Assembly (NCBI GenBank): GCA_963789955.1 | Contig: CAWBMV010000011.1 | Span: 17,772 to 81,771, forward strand | Direction of reading: 5' to 3' | DNA length: 64,000 nt | Source: an uncultured Candidatus Rokubacteria bacterium | GTDB lineage: Bacteria; Methylomirabilota; Methylomirabilia; Rokubacteriales; CSP1-6 | Part shown: positions 51,575 to 62,342 of the stretch, piece after piece | How the letters are laid out: each line of letters begins with the position of its first letter | Numbering within the stretch: the first letter of the stretch is position 1 | Notes under the pieces: model-generated | What the model saw: only the letters and a program-made list of their open reading frames with translations | What the model was told of the DNA's origin: nothing | Databases searched by the model: none | Translations under genes and position numbers: made by a program

Positions 51575-53773
51575 ATGCCGATCAACACCGATCCTCGCCA
51601 CGTCGGCAGGGCGTCGATCACGCCCGCCGATCCGGTCGTCGCCGGCCAGCTCGGCAGCTGGACGATCACGTACGAGGTCGGCGCCTACGGCTACGACGAG
51701 TTCGCGCGGCTCAAGATCGCCTCGCGCTTCGCGTCCGATTGGGGGTCGCCCCAGTTCACGGATCCAGCCGGCGCGAACTACGCCACGGTGCGCCTGGAAT
51801 CGCGGAGCCCGACGACCGTCGCCACGCTCTCGTGGGAACCGCGCGGCTACATCCGGCCCTGGTTCAAGTGCCTCGTGGTGTCGATACGCGACGGATCGCT
51901 CTATCCCGGGGACAAGATCCACGTCACGATCGGCGACCGGAGCGGCGGAGGGCCGGGTTCGCGGGCCCAGACCTTCCGCGAGAGAGGCTGCGAGTTCCGG
52001 CTGCTCGTCGATCCGTTCGGCACCGAGCTCTATTCCGTCCTCGAGCCCTCGCCCCAGCTCGATATCGTCGGCGGCGGAATCCACCGCCTGGTCGTGATCG
52101 CGCCGACGACGGTGCGTCCGGGTGAGCCGTTCGAGGCGCTCGTGAAGGCCGAAGACGTGTGGGGCAATCCCTGCGAGCGCTTCGCCGGCGAGGTGAACCT
52201 GACCGTGAAGGGCGCGCCCCTCGAGGGGCTCCCGAGCGAGACCACGTTTCGCCGGGGCGAGTTCGCCGTCGCCACCTTGAGCGGGCTTCGCATCGCCAGC
52301 GCCGCGGCCGAGTCCCGCATCACCGCCGCGTACGGATGGTACCGTGCCGAGTCCAACGTGATCCGCGCCCTGAGCCCGGGCGAAGCGAAGACGTGGTGGG
52401 GCGATCTGCACGGCCAGACGCGCGCGACGGTCGGCACCGGTACGATCGAGGAATATTTCGCGTTCGGCCGCGAGATCGCGTTGCTCGACATGATGTGCCA
52501 TCAGGCCAACGATTTTCAGGTGACCGACGACGAGTGGATGAGGCTCCGGCGGGAGATCGACCGCTTCCACGAAGATGGACGCTGCGTGATCTTCGTCGGA
52601 TACGAATGGTCCGGCATGACGCCGGGCGGCGGCGATCGGAACGTGATGTTTCGCGGCGACATCGCCGCGCTCCACCGCTCGTCGCACGCGGAAGTCGACG
52701 ACATGCGTGATGCCGCCACCGACTGCTTTCCGGTCACGGAGCTGTTCACCCAGTTCGCGGGCCGGGACGACGTCCTGCTGATTCCTCATATCGGCGGCCG
52801 CTACGCCGATATCGTCGGCTTCCACGATCCTGCGCTCGAGCCGGTGGTCGAGATCTATTCGGACTGGGGACGTTTCGAGTGGCTTCTCGAGGACGCGATC
52901 CGGCAAGGATACAAGGTCGGCGTCGTCGCAAACTCCGACGGCCACAAGGGGCGCCCGGGGGCGAGTCATCCCGGCGCGTCGACCTTCGGCGCGTATGGCG
53001 GACTCACCTGCGTGCTGGCCGAATCGCTGACTCGTGACGCCGTGTTCGAGGCGATCAAGGCGCGCCGCTGCTACGGCGTCACCGCCGCCCAGCGGATCCA
53101 CGTCGAGCTCGCGGTGAACGGGCTGCCGATGGGGGCCGCCGGCCGAACGGACGGCGTCGTGAAAGTCAGCGGCCGCGCTGTCGGAACCGGGCCGATCGAG
53201 CGGATCGACGTCTTCCGCGGGCTCGATCATATAAGGATGGTCTCGCCCTACACCCCCGAGTCGTTCGAAGGCTCTCAACGGTACCGGATCGCATGGGCCG
53301 GCTCGCGCGTTCGCGGGCGCGATCGCCTGACGACGTGGGACGGTCACGTGGAGCTGTCGGCAGGCCACTTCGTCGACGCCGCGACGTTCGCGATGGAGAA
53401 CCCGGAAAAGGGCATCCGCGAGCGATCCGCCCGGCGCGTTTCCTGGGTTTCGAATACGACCGGCGACGACGACGGCCTCGACGTCACGATCGACGCGCCG
53501 GCGGACGCTGTGCTTCGGTTTCACTCGCCGGTGATACGGCTTCAGATGAAGCTGAGCGAGCTGAGCGACGGCCACACCCTGACGTTTCCGGCAGGCGGGG
53601 TCGACTTGCGCGTTTTCGCCCGGCGGCTTCCCGCCCGCGGGCACGCCAGCGAGCTCAAGTTCGAGCACACTGATCCGTCGCCCATGCGCGGCCGATGTCA
53701 TCCGTACTGGATCCGCGTGACTCAAGAGGACGGCGCGCAGGCCTGGACGAGCCCGGTTTACCTCGACGCCTGA
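51575..53773 (+). CDS. DUF3604-like / PHP-fold putative metallohydrolase
   Basis: WGDLHGQT, HQAND, GYEWS, GDRNV, IPHIGG, VEIYSDWG, NSDGHKGRPG, AWTSPV. Confidence 0.75.
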   Translation: MPINTDPRHVGRASITPADPVVAGQLGSWTITYEVGAYGYDEFARLKIASRFASDWGSPQFTDPAGANYATVRLESRSPTTVATLSWEPRGYIRPWFKCLVVSIRDGSLYPGDKIHVTIGDRSGGGPGSRAQTFRERGCEFRLLVDPFGTELYSVLEPSPQLDIVGGGIHRLVVIAPTTVRPGEPFEALVKAEDVWGNPCERFAGEVNLTVKGAPLEGLPSETTFRRGEFAVATLSGLRIASAAAESRITAAYGWYRAESNVIRALSPGEAKTWWGDLHGQTRATVGTGTIEEYFAFGREIALLDMMCHQANDFQVTDDEWMRLRREIDRFHEDGRCVIFVGYEWSGMTPGGGDRNVMFRGDIAALHRSSHAEVDDMRDAATDCFPVTELFTQFAGRDDVLLIPHIGGRYADIVGFHDPALEPVVEIYSDWGRFEWLLEDAIRQGYKVGVVANSDGHKGRPGASHPGASTFGAYGGLTCVLAESLTRDAVFEAIKARRCYGVTAAQRIHVELAVNGLPMGAAGRTDGVVKVSGRAVGTGPIERIDVFRGLDHIRMVSPYTPESFEGSQRYRIAWAGSRVRGRDRLTTWDGHVELSAGHFVDAATFAMENPEKGIRERSARRVSWVSNTTGDDDGLDVTIDAPADAVLRFHSPVIRLQMKLSELSDGHTLTFPAGGVDLRVFARRLPARGHASELKFEHTDPSPMRGRCHPYWIRVTQEDGAQAWTSPVYLDA

Positions 53774-53927
53774 GGACCATTTCACCGGTAAAGGTACCGC
53801 TTCGTACCTTTCCGGAATCGTTGGCGAATTCGCGGAAATGGCCGTTCTTTGTCAGGTCGCGCTTAGCAATTTGTCACTGATCTGTTCACGGGTCCCCTAA
53901 GTCCGCGTTTCCTCGGCTAACGCACCG

Positions 53928-53943
53928 TGGCACACCCATTGCT
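53928..53943 (+). promoter_or_regulatory. Sigma54 (-24/-12) promoter of pilin cluster
   Basis: TGGCAC-ACCCA-TTGCT matches TGGCAC-N5-TTGCW, ~60 nt before the first pilin start. Confidence 0.8.
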
Positions 53944-54001
53944 CTAAACGTCATCGGCTGGACATTGCTGTGATGCCCTATGCGCTTTATGCGAGTGGAA
54001 A

Positions 54002-54526
54002 ATGATCAAAGCTATCGCGATCCTCAGGCGTAGTTTCCGGCGGGCGTCGGCCGGCTTCTCGGTCGTCGAGCTCGTCGTGCTCACGGCCGTGATCTCGGTC
54101 CTCTGCGCGATCGGCTTTCCGCTCTACCTGAGCTACTCGAGAGCCCAGGAGACCGACAGCGCCGCTCGAGTGATCGTCGTCTCGCTGAACCAGGCCCGCC
54201 AGCTCGCGGTCACTCGCGGCGTGTCCTTCAGCGCCGAGACGCAAACGAACCCGAACAACCGGATGCGGTTCTGCTCGGGCACCGTCGTCCCGTGCCCCAG
54301 CGGCCAGGTCTTCACGGGCGCCGAGACCGACACCTCCGGATGGAGAAGGCTCGAGAACGGCTCCCGTATCACGGCGGGCCCGAACATCACCTTCAACTCG
54401 CTCGGCGCGGCGACCGCCGCGGGCGTCCTCCGGGTTCAGAATTCGTCGGCCACCGGGTCGCTCGACGTGTGCGTGAGCCCGTCGGGCCGCATCAGGGTCC
54501 AGGCCGTGGGGACCGCCTGCCCATGA
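54002..54526 (+). CDS. Type IV minor pilin, FimT/FimU(GspH)-like
   Basis: Class III signal G|FSVVEL; ARQLAVTRG; ITFNSLG; VSPSGRI. Confidence 0.85.
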   Translation: MIKAIAILRRSFRRASAGFSVVELVVLTAVISVLCAIGFPLYLSYSRAQETDSAARVIVVSLNQARQLAVTRGVSFSAETQTNPNNRMRFCSGTVVPCPSGQVFTGAETDTSGWRRLENGSRITAGPNITFNSLGAATAAGVLRVQNSSATGSLDVCVSPSGRIRVQAVGTACP

Positions 54527-54534
54527 GGAACGTC

Positions 54535-55053
54535 ATGAAGACCAACCGGAAGATCGTACGGACTCTCGGCGACGGCAGCGGGTTCACGCTCGTCGAGGTC
54601 CTGGTCGCGTCGATGATTCTGGTCGTCGCGCTGCTGACCCTGGCCAGCATGTTCCCCATGGGATATCGGCAGATCACCGACGCCGGGCGCATGACCATGG
54701 CCGTCTCGGGCGCGCGCCACATCCTCGAGGACGTCGGCGACATTCCCTTCAACAACATCAGCAACATCAACGGCGTCGACACGGCGAGCAACGCGGGCGT
54801 GATCGCCGGATTGGGCGGCACCGAAGCGGCGCTCGCCCGGCGCTGGCGCTACATGCTGGCCGGCTCCGGCAACGGCTTCACCTTCACGTCCGCCGAGACC
54901 ACCGCGTGGGGAACCGTGCAGCCCTTCGGGGGCCGGGCCGTGGTGACGGTCGCCGATACCAGCGCGACGTTGCGCACGGTCACGGTGACGGTCACGGTAC
55001 CCGGCCTTCCCGGGAACGTCACCCTCGGTACCGTCATCGTGAGGATGTTCTAA
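54535..55053 (+). CDS. Type IV minor pilin, PilV-like
   Basis: G|FTLVEVLVASMIL. Confidence 0.82.
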   Translation: MKTNRKIVRTLGDGSGFTLVEVLVASMILVVALLTLASMFPMGYRQITDAGRMTMAVSGARHILEDVGDIPFNNISNINGVDTASNAGVIAGLGGTEAALARRWRYMLAGSGNGFTFTSAETTAWGTVQPFGGRAVVTVADTSATLRTVTVTVTVPGLPGNVTLGTVIVRMF

Positions 55054-55721
55054 TGCGCCCCGTCCCGTTCCGCGGTCAAGACGGCTTCACCCTGGTCGAG
55101 CTCATGGTCGCCATGAGCATCTTCCTGCTCATCCTGGTCGGGATCTTCCAGGTCTTCGACCCGAGCCGCAACGCGTACCAGGTCAGCGAGCGGAAGCTCG
55201 ACGTGCAGCAGAACGCTCGGGTCGCGATGGACCGCATGGCGCGGCAGATCCGTATGACCGGCTATTTCCCCGAGAACGTCGACAACAACAACGCCAACGA
55301 CCTTCAGAATCCGATTCAGGTCGCCACGGAGTCCGCGCTATCGGTCGCCGGCGATCTCGATGGAACGGGCGCGAGCAACGTCTACACCTTCTGCCGCGAC
55401 AGCTCCGGGCTGCGGCGAGTCCAGGGCGCGATCGGCGCCGGCGCATCGTACACGTGCGCCAACGGGACGCTGATGGCCGAGAGCGTCACGGGGCTGAGCT
55501 TCGCGTATTTCGACTCGGCGAACAATCCGGTCCCGAATCCACCGACCGGTCCGTTCAATCTTGACGCGCAAGGTCTCGGCGGCGCCCCGAGCTTCGTCGA
55601 CGTGTCGCAGCGCTCGATCGTGCGGCGCATCGTCATCATGGTGACGGCCCGCGAGAACGTGACGGGCCAGGCCGCGCAGACCTACACCCTCGCCTCCGAC
55701 GTGAGGCTGCGGAATCCCTGA
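55053..55721 (+). CDS. Type IV minor pilin, PilW-like
   Basis: G|FTLVELMVAM; QQNARVAMDRMARQIRMTGY; ends VRLRN. Confidence 0.85.
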   Translation: MRPVPFRGQDGFTLVELMVAMSIFLLILVGIFQVFDPSRNAYQVSERKLDVQQNARVAMDRMARQIRMTGYFPENVDNNNANDLQNPIQVATESALSVAGDLDGTGASNVYTFCRDSSGLRRVQGAIGAGASYTCANGTLMAESVTGLSFAYFDSANNPVPNPPTGPFNLDAQGLGGAPSFVDVSQRSIVRRIVIMVTARENVTGQAAQTYTLASDVRLRNP

Positions 55722-56200
55722 TGGAGGCTCGTGACATGCGTGGAATGTGGCGTCACTGCACCGACGAACGCGGCATCGCCTCGGTGATGGCGATCTTCAT
55801 CATGGTCCTGATGCTCGTCTCCGGCATCTTCCTGGTGCGGATGTCGAGCACCGAAGGCGACATCGCCTACGGGTCGATGTGGGCCGAGGGCAGCTTCTTC
55901 GCCGCTGACGCCGGCGTCAACGTCGGCATCAACACGATCGTGCCGGGTGGCCCGACGTGCGTCGCCGGCGCTACCGCCATGGGTGCCTTCTCGTACTCGG
56001 TCGCCGCCGGGCCCGGCGCGGACGCGAACTGCTTCCTGAACACGACGCAGCGCGCCGGATATTCGATCGGGACCGGCACCGGATACAACCCGGGAGGGTT
56101 CGTCTTCTACAACTACGCGATCACCGGCTCGGGGACGGGCCCGCGCAGTGCCCAGCGCACCATTGACGCCCAAGTCTCCTATGGGCCGATTGCCCAGTGA
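55721..56200 (+). CDS. Type IV minor pilin, PilX-like
   Basis: ERG|IASVMA lacking Glu5; FFAADAGV. Confidence 0.8.
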   Translation: MEARDMRGMWRHCTDERGIASVMAIFIMVLMLVSGIFLVRMSSTEGDIAYGSMWAEGSFFAADAGVNVGINTIVPGGPTCVAGATAMGAFSYSVAAGPGADANCFLNTTQRAGYSIGTGTGYNPGGFVFYNYAITGSGTGPRSAQRTIDAQVSYGPIAQ

Positions 56201-56208
56201 GGTCCACC

Positions 56209-59109
56209 ATGAAAAGCATTACGCGCCTGATTGGTCTTGGCTCCATTGCCGCGCTTCTCGTGCTGCCGACCTCGGCGGCGCTCGCTGACGACAGCGACAT
56301 CTTCGGCGCCAACATCCAGCCCAACGTCGTGATCATGATCGACGACTCGGGCAGTATGGCCGACAACGCGCCGTCGAACGCCTTCGACGTGCCGGCCCCC
56401 AACGGCTCGGCCCCCTACTACCCGACTCTGACCCGGTGCGGTAGCCAGAAGAATCAGACGTGCGACTCGGTCAAGGTGTACAAGAGCGGCTCGAGCTCGA
56501 CGTACACCAGCTACGCCAACGACGTCCCGTCCGTGAACAGCTCGGCGGCCCAGAACGCGCTGAACACGACCGGCTATTGGTCCGGCAAGATCAGCGGCTC
56601 GACGGTGAACCTCTTCACGGGCAACTACCTCAACTATCTGTACGGGACCTGCGCCAACCGGCGGAGCCTGCAGCAAGCCGAAGATGGACATCGCCAAGGA
56701 AGTGATCAACGGCCTCCTGGACAGCGTCCAGGGCGTCCGCTTCGGCGTCATGACGTTCTACTACGGCTCGAGCGGCGCGCGCGGCGCCCGGATGGTCTCC
56801 CAGGTCGGATCCAGCGTCTCGACGATGAAGGCCGCGGTCAACGGCCTGTCGCCGACCAGCGATACGCCGCTCGGTGATGCGCTGTGGGACGTCGGCCACT
56901 ACTACAAGGGCGACGTCGCTCAACAACGGCAACACCTACACGAGCCCGATCCAGCTCGAGTGCCAGCCGAACTTCGTCATCATGATCACGGACGGTATGC
57001 AGACCTCCGGAAGCCGGACGATGCCAAACGAGGCGACGAATCGCTTCACCCAGGACCACGCGAGCTCGCTCACCGGAACGCAGAACGTCATCGTCCACAC
57101 CGTCGGCTTCGGCGTGACCGTGAACACGCACGCAGGCCGAGTCCGACCAGGCGTACGCCGATCTCTCCGCAACGCGGCGAAGAACGGCGGCGGCCAGTTC
57201 TACATCTCGGACGACGAGAGCCAGCTGCAGGCGGCCCTTCAGGATGCGATCCGCCGCATCGTCCAGGCCACCTTCACCTTCGCGACGCCGGTCGTGCCGA
57301 CGACCAGCACGACGGGCAGCACCAAGGCCTATCTCGCGGCCTTCCGGTCCGATCCTTCGCTCCCCTTCTGGCGCGGCTTCCTCAAGGCCTACCAGCGGGA
57401 CTCGACCGGCCTGGTTCCGGTGGACGCCAACGGCGTTCCGCTGAGCTCGGCCCTGGTCTGGGAAGCCGGCCAGGTCCTCAGCACGACGCCGGCCGCCAAC
57501 CGGACGATCTACACGTACGTCGGTGGAGCTCGGCAGGCCTTCACGAAGACCAACTCCGCGATCACCAACGGCATGCTCGCCGCGGCGAACACACGCGGAG
57601 CACGACAAGATCATCGACTTCGTCCGCGGCATCGACTCCTACGACGAGAACGGCAACGGCAACCTGACGGAAGAGCGGGCGTGGAAGCTCGGCGACATCT
57701 TCCATTCGACGCCGGTTCTGATCACGCCGCCCGTTCTGGCGTTGAACGATTCCAGCTACCAGGCGTTCAAGACCGCGCAGGCCGGCCGGACGAAGGTCCT
57801 GATCGCCGGCGCCAACGACGGGATGCTGCACGCATTCCGCGAAAGCGATGGCGTCGAGCTGTGGGGCTTCATTCCGCCCGACCTCCTCGACAATCTGAAG
57901 GTGATGACCGACACCGGGGCGGACCACCAGTTCTTCGTGGACTCGAGCCCGATCGCCACGGACATCAAGATCAGCGGGACGTGGAAGACGATCGTGGTCT
58001 TCGGTCTGCGGCGCGGTGGGGCCTTCTACTATGCCCTGGACATCACGGACACCACGAATCCTCTGTGGTTGTGGAGCTTCACCGACTCGAAGATGGCCGA
58101 GACGTGGTCCGAGCCCTCGATCGGCAAGGTCAAGCTCGGCGGCGTCGACAAGTTCGTCGCGTTCTTCGGCGGCGGCTACGACACGGCGAGCAACAACGCC
58201 CACGGAAAGGCGTTCTTCGCCGTCGACCTCGCGAACGGCACGAAGCTCTGGGAGTACTACAAGGACGGCACGGCGGATGACCGCCAGTACATGAACTTCA
58301 GCCTCACGGAGAACTCGACGGCGGTCGACCTGAACAACGACGGCTACGTCGATCGGGTGTACATCGGCGACCTCGGCGGCCAGCTCTGGAAGTTCGACGT
58401 CTCGGCCAATGCGACGACGAGCTGGGCCGGGAAGCGCCTCTTCACCGCGGCGCCGAGCCAGACCAACCCTCCGACGGTTGGTGAGTTCTATCCGACTCAG
58501 GCGTTCTACGGCGCGCCCGTGCTGGCCTACGACACCTCGATGAACCTCTGGGTCTTCCTCGGCACGGGCGACCGGAACCATCCGAACGGCACGGCGACGA
58601 ACCGCTTCTACGGGATCAAAGAGACGACGAACATGTCGAATGCGGCCGCGCTCTCGGAGACGAACCTCGTCGACGTGACCTCGACCAACGGCACGTCGTC
58701 GGGTGGCTGGTTCTTCAGACTGGGCACCAACGAAAAGGTGCTCGACCCGGCGAACGTCTTCAACATGGACGTGCTGTTCTCCGGGTTCACGCCGACCAGC
58801 ACCGTGACGTGCACCAGCGGCGGTGGGACGGCCAAGCTGTACTCGGTCCAGATGGCGACCGGCTATGCGGCGATCGACTTTGCCTCGGGCGCCGCCCTCA
58901 CGACGACCGACGCGTCGGTCACCCGCTCCACGACGATCGGCCAGGGCATCGCCTCGATGCCGGTCGTCATCGTGACGCCGCCTGCGGGCTCGGGACAGGC
59001 CACGGCGTCGGCGATCACCGCGACGACGAACCAGCAGCTCCCGAACAATCCGATCCCCGCGCCAACATTCCTGAAGCAGGTCCGCTCCTGGCGTGAGCGC
59101 ATCCAGTGA
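56209..59109 (+). CDS. pilY1: PilY1-like tip adhesin (vWA + beta-propeller); several frameshifts
   Basis: vWA DDSGSM, TPLGDAL, MITDG; LGDIFHSTP, GANDGMLHAF, Ca motif DLNNDGYVD, YIGDLGGQLWKFD, SWRE end. Confidence 0.88.
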
Positions 59110-59801
59110 AGAAGGTCGCGCTCATCGCGCTGACGCTCTGCGCGCTACTGCCGGGCGCCGCTCGGGGCCAGAACAAGGCCGCCGACGCGGCGGCCCAGCA
59201 GAACGCGCGCGGCGCGGCACTCCTGAAGGACGGCAAGTTCGAGGAGGCGGTCGCCGAGCTCCAGAAGGCGGCTGACGCGGCGCCGACGTCCGCCGTCATC
59301 CAGTCGAATCTCGCCTACGCGTACGACCGCCAGGGCCGGACCGAGGAGGCGGTCGCCGCCTATCGCAAGGCCCTCGAGCTCGATCCCAAGAACACCATCG
59401 TTCGCAACAATCTGGCGAATCTGTACAGCAAGCAGGGTCTCTACGAAGACGCCGCCCGCGAGTATGAGGATCTCGTCCAGCGCGATCCCGGCAATACGAC
59501 GGCGAAGGCCAACCTCGACGCGATGGTCAAGAACAAGACCGTCTTGCAGGAGCGCAAGGAGCAGGTGTCCTCGGCGCTCCACGGAGCTGACTCCAAGCCG
59601 AAGGATCCGCAGGCCGCGTACAACGCCGCGCGTGTGTACGCACGGCTCGGCGACGCGGATCAGGCGCTCACGTGGCTCAACAAGGCGCTCGATCTCGGCT
59701 ACGACCAGTTCGACTACCTGAGCCTCGATCCGTCGCTCGTCAACCTCAAGAAGGATCCGCGGTTCCTGAAGCTCCTCGAAGAGCGGCGGCCGGCGCGCTA
59801 A
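59106..59801 (+). CDS. Exported TPR protein
   Basis: Signal peptide; repeats such as AVAAYRKALELDP; C-terminal YNAARVYA...DPSLVNLKKDPRF. Confidence 0.85.
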   Translation: MKKVALIALTLCALLPGAARGQNKAADAAAQQNARGAALLKDGKFEEAVAELQKAADAAPTSAVIQSNLAYAYDRQGRTEEAVAAYRKALELDPKNTIVRNNLANLYSKQGLYEDAAREYEDLVQRDPGNTTAKANLDAMVKNKTVLQERKEQVSSALHGADSKPKDPQAAYNAARVYARLGDADQALTWLNKALDLGYDQFDYLSLDPSLVNLKKDPRFLKLLEERRPAR

Positions 59802-60694
59802 CGCTTCACGGGAAATGCGGCGGCCATCTGGCGGGCCGCCGTATCCATCGCCGTGCGCATCGCGTCGAGCAGACCCTTCCGCTGAGTCGTCACGAACCAG
59901 CGACCCGCGTCGGTCTCGGCGAACGCCACGTACTCCCCGAGCTCCTCGTCCGTCAACGACCGAAACGTGTAGAGCCAGCGGACGAGCGCATCGCGCACGA
60001 GGCTGTCCTGCTTCGCTCGTAGGGTCCGTTCCGCGGTGTCCATTTCCCGCGCGGTGGGCCGCTTTTCGGACGGCAGCACCGGCTCGAGCGAGCGCGAGAC
60101 GGCCTTGAAGGCGACCACGCCCATCTCGATCTGGAGCTCCGCGCTGCGCATCGACGCCTCGTACCGCTGAACGAGGGCGACGCGCGCCGGCTTGGGAACG
60201 TCGCCCTGGAGCCCGATCGCGAAGCGCTCGAGATCCGGCTTCGCGCCCGGCTCGCTGGCCGCGACCTCGAGCGCCGCGACCTTTCGGAACAGCGGCGTCC
60301 TGAGCTGCCCGATCACGAAACCCATCCGCGACGGATCGTAGTTGGTCTTGAAGGCGGCGCGGACGGCGCCGTAGAGCACGTCGGGCCGGAACGCGTCGCC
60401 GAGAATCTTGACCATGCGCGCCTTCTCCTCGGGCTTGATGGGCGTCTGACGCACGTCGAGCTGGGCGCGAATGTGCGCTGGAATCGTCTCCAGCGCGTGC
60501 TTGGTGCCGGAGATCTCGAGGGCCTCGGTGATCAGCGCCTCACGCTCGCCCTCGACCGGCCGGATCTGCGGCGGCTGGTCCGAGTACGTGACGATGCCCT
60601 GATCGTTCACCCAGCGGTACGTCTTCGCCTCGGCGAGCGAGCCCATCGCCAGCGCGACCAGCCCGACGAGACACAGAATCGCGCGGAGCTTCAT
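59798..60694 (-). CDS. Exported protein with DUF4124-like N-terminus
   Basis: Signal peptide then YRWVNDQGIVTYSDQPP; C-terminal LTDEELGEYVAFAETDAGR (DUF2059-like). Confidence 0.72.
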   Translation of the reverse strand: MKLRAILCLVGLVALAMGSLAEAKTYRWVNDQGIVTYSDQPPQIRPVEGEREALITEALEISGTKHALETIPAHIRAQLDVRQTPIKPEEKARMVKILGDAFRPDVLYGAVRAAFKTNYDPSRMGFVIGQLRTPLFRKVAALEVAASEPGAKPDLERFAIGLQGDVPKPARVALVQRYEASMRSAELQIEMGVVAFKAVSRSLEPVLPSEKRPTAREMDTAERTLRAKQDSLVRDALVRWLYTFRSLTDEELGEYVAFAETDAGRWFVTTQRKGLLDAMRTAMDTAARQMAAAFPVKR

Positions 60695-60705
60695 GGCGAT
60701 CCTCC

Positions 60706-61407
60706 TCAATACTTGACCCGGCCGAAGAGCCGGAGCGCCGCGGGACCATACTCCGTTTCAATCTGCTTCGTGTGCGCGACGACGACCGCCCAGATTCGCC
60801 TGAGCTCGGCGACCGGATCAGCGTGATCGTCGACGCGGAGGTTGTGGTACATACGCGGGTCGCGGACGGCCGCCACCAGGAGCGCCGCCGACTGCTTGCC
60901 CCGCTTGTCGCCGCCGGCTGCCTGTCCCGCTTCGAGCGCCAGTAGAAGGCGGTCGGACAGGTCACGACGCTCGCCATCGCTCGCGCGAAATGCGCGGGCC
61001 ATCGCGGCGATCACGTCCGGGCCGGCCAGCATGTTGCCGGCGATCGTGAACCCGTCGGCCTGCTCGTGGCCGCACCACGGCACGCAGCTCGCGCCGGTGT
61101 GGCAAAAAACCCGTTCGCCGTCGAGGCCGTGCACCTGACGGATCTCGCGCTCACTGTCCTTTCGGAGAAGCACGGTCAGCGCAACGTCGACCGGTACCCC
61201 CTGGCCGAGAAGCGCGAGCCCCTGCCGGCCCAGCTCGGTGTTAACGCGCGCCTGCGTGGCGATGGCGCCACGCGGCGAAACCCAAGGGACGAGACTGCCG
61301 GCGTTCGGTCGCGCGGTGGCGACGGCGACGCCGAATGCGCCGGTCTCACGATCGCGCGCGGTGATGGAAAAGGTGTGAAAATCAATCACCTTTTCAATTT
61401 GTATCAT
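60706..61407 (-). CDS. DUF1028 family (Ntn-hydrolase-like) protein
   Basis: HTFSITARD, GAIATQA, IAGNML, GGDKRGKQSAAL, LRVDDHADP. Confidence 0.88.
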   Translation of the reverse strand: MIQIEKVIDFHTFSITARDRETGAFGVAVATARPNAGSLVPWVSPRGAIATQARVNTELGRQGLALLGQGVPVDVALTVLLRKDSEREIRQVHGLDGERVFCHTGASCVPWCGHEQADGFTIAGNMLAGPDVIAAMARAFRASDGERRDLSDRLLLALEAGQAAGGDKRGKQSAALLVAAVRDPRMYHNLRVDDHADPVAELRRIWAVVVAHTKQIETEYGPAALRLFGRVKY

Positions 61408-61440
61408 GGGGGTGTCCGTGAACCCGCCCGATTACTGCTC

Positions 61441-61530
61441 GTGAGCCGCCCCGACCTGGTTCTTTACGGCGGTCGCCTCGTCACCCTCGATCCCTCCCTC
61501 CAGGTCGCCGAGGCCGTCGCGATCGCATCA
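61441..61530 (+). pseudogene. N-terminal stub of amidohydrolase (YtcJ-like)
   Basis: PDLVLYGGRLVTLDPSLQVAEAVAI, then homology ends abruptly. Confidence 0.5.
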
Positions 61531-61675
61531 ACCTTTCCCTCTTGCAGCGATGACGACGCGCGCCCTACGATCAACCCGCCAGAGTCCCGGCGCGCGTGAC
61601 GGATAGAACGCTTAGGCCACGACCACGACCGGGTCAACATGCGACGCTCCATCACCCAGCCAAACGAGGTGACTC

Positions 61676-62341
61676 ATGGAACTGTATGACGTGTTGCGCA
61701 CGACCTTTGCCGCTCGGGAGTTCACGACCGATCCTCTGCCCGACGAGGTTCTCGCGAAGATCCTGGACCAGGCGCGCTTCGCGCCGAGCGGCGGGAACCG
61801 ACAGGGCTGGCGCGTGATCGTCGTCCGTGATCCGGCCACGAAGCGCGGGCTCGCTGATCTGAGCGCCTTTGCCGGACGGCGCTACGCAGCCCAGGCCGCG
61901 AACGGAGAGAGCCCCTGGAATACGATCGATCCGCCACGGGTCGACGCGGCCACGATCGAACGGACGGCCGTTCCGTCGCGCCTGACCGAATCGATCGCAA
62001 CCGCTCCCGTGGTGCTGGTCCTGTGCGTCGACCTGAGGGTCGTGGCCTCGATCGACCAGGATCTCGAGCGCGTCGGGATCATCAGCGGTGCGTCGATCTA
62101 TCCCTTCGCCTGGAACGTGCTGCTCGCGTCGCGACACGAAGGCTTCGGAGGCACGATCACCACACTCGCCACCGCGCGAGAGCCCGAGATCAAGGCGCTG
62201 CTCGGCATCCCGCCACATATCGCGGTGTGCGCCGTCATACCGCTCGGGCGGCCGGTGCGCTCGCTCTCCCGGCTCAAGCGCAAGCCCGTCGCCGAATTCG
62301 CCACCCGCGAGCGCTGGGCCGGGCCTGCGTTCGCGCCGTGA
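61676..62341 (+). CDS. Nitroreductase family protein
   Basis: REFTTDPLPDE, APSGGNRQGW, NVLLASRHEGFG, VIPLGRP. Confidence 0.88.
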   Translation: MELYDVLRTTFAAREFTTDPLPDEVLAKILDQARFAPSGGNRQGWRVIVVRDPATKRGLADLSAFAGRRYAAQAANGESPWNTIDPPRVDAATIERTAVPSRLTESIATAPVVLVLCVDLRVVASIDQDLERVGIISGASIYPFAWNVLLASRHEGFGGTITTLATAREPEIKALLGIPPHIAVCAVIPLGRPVRSLSRLKRKPVAEFATRERWAGPAFAP

Positions 62342-62342
62342 C

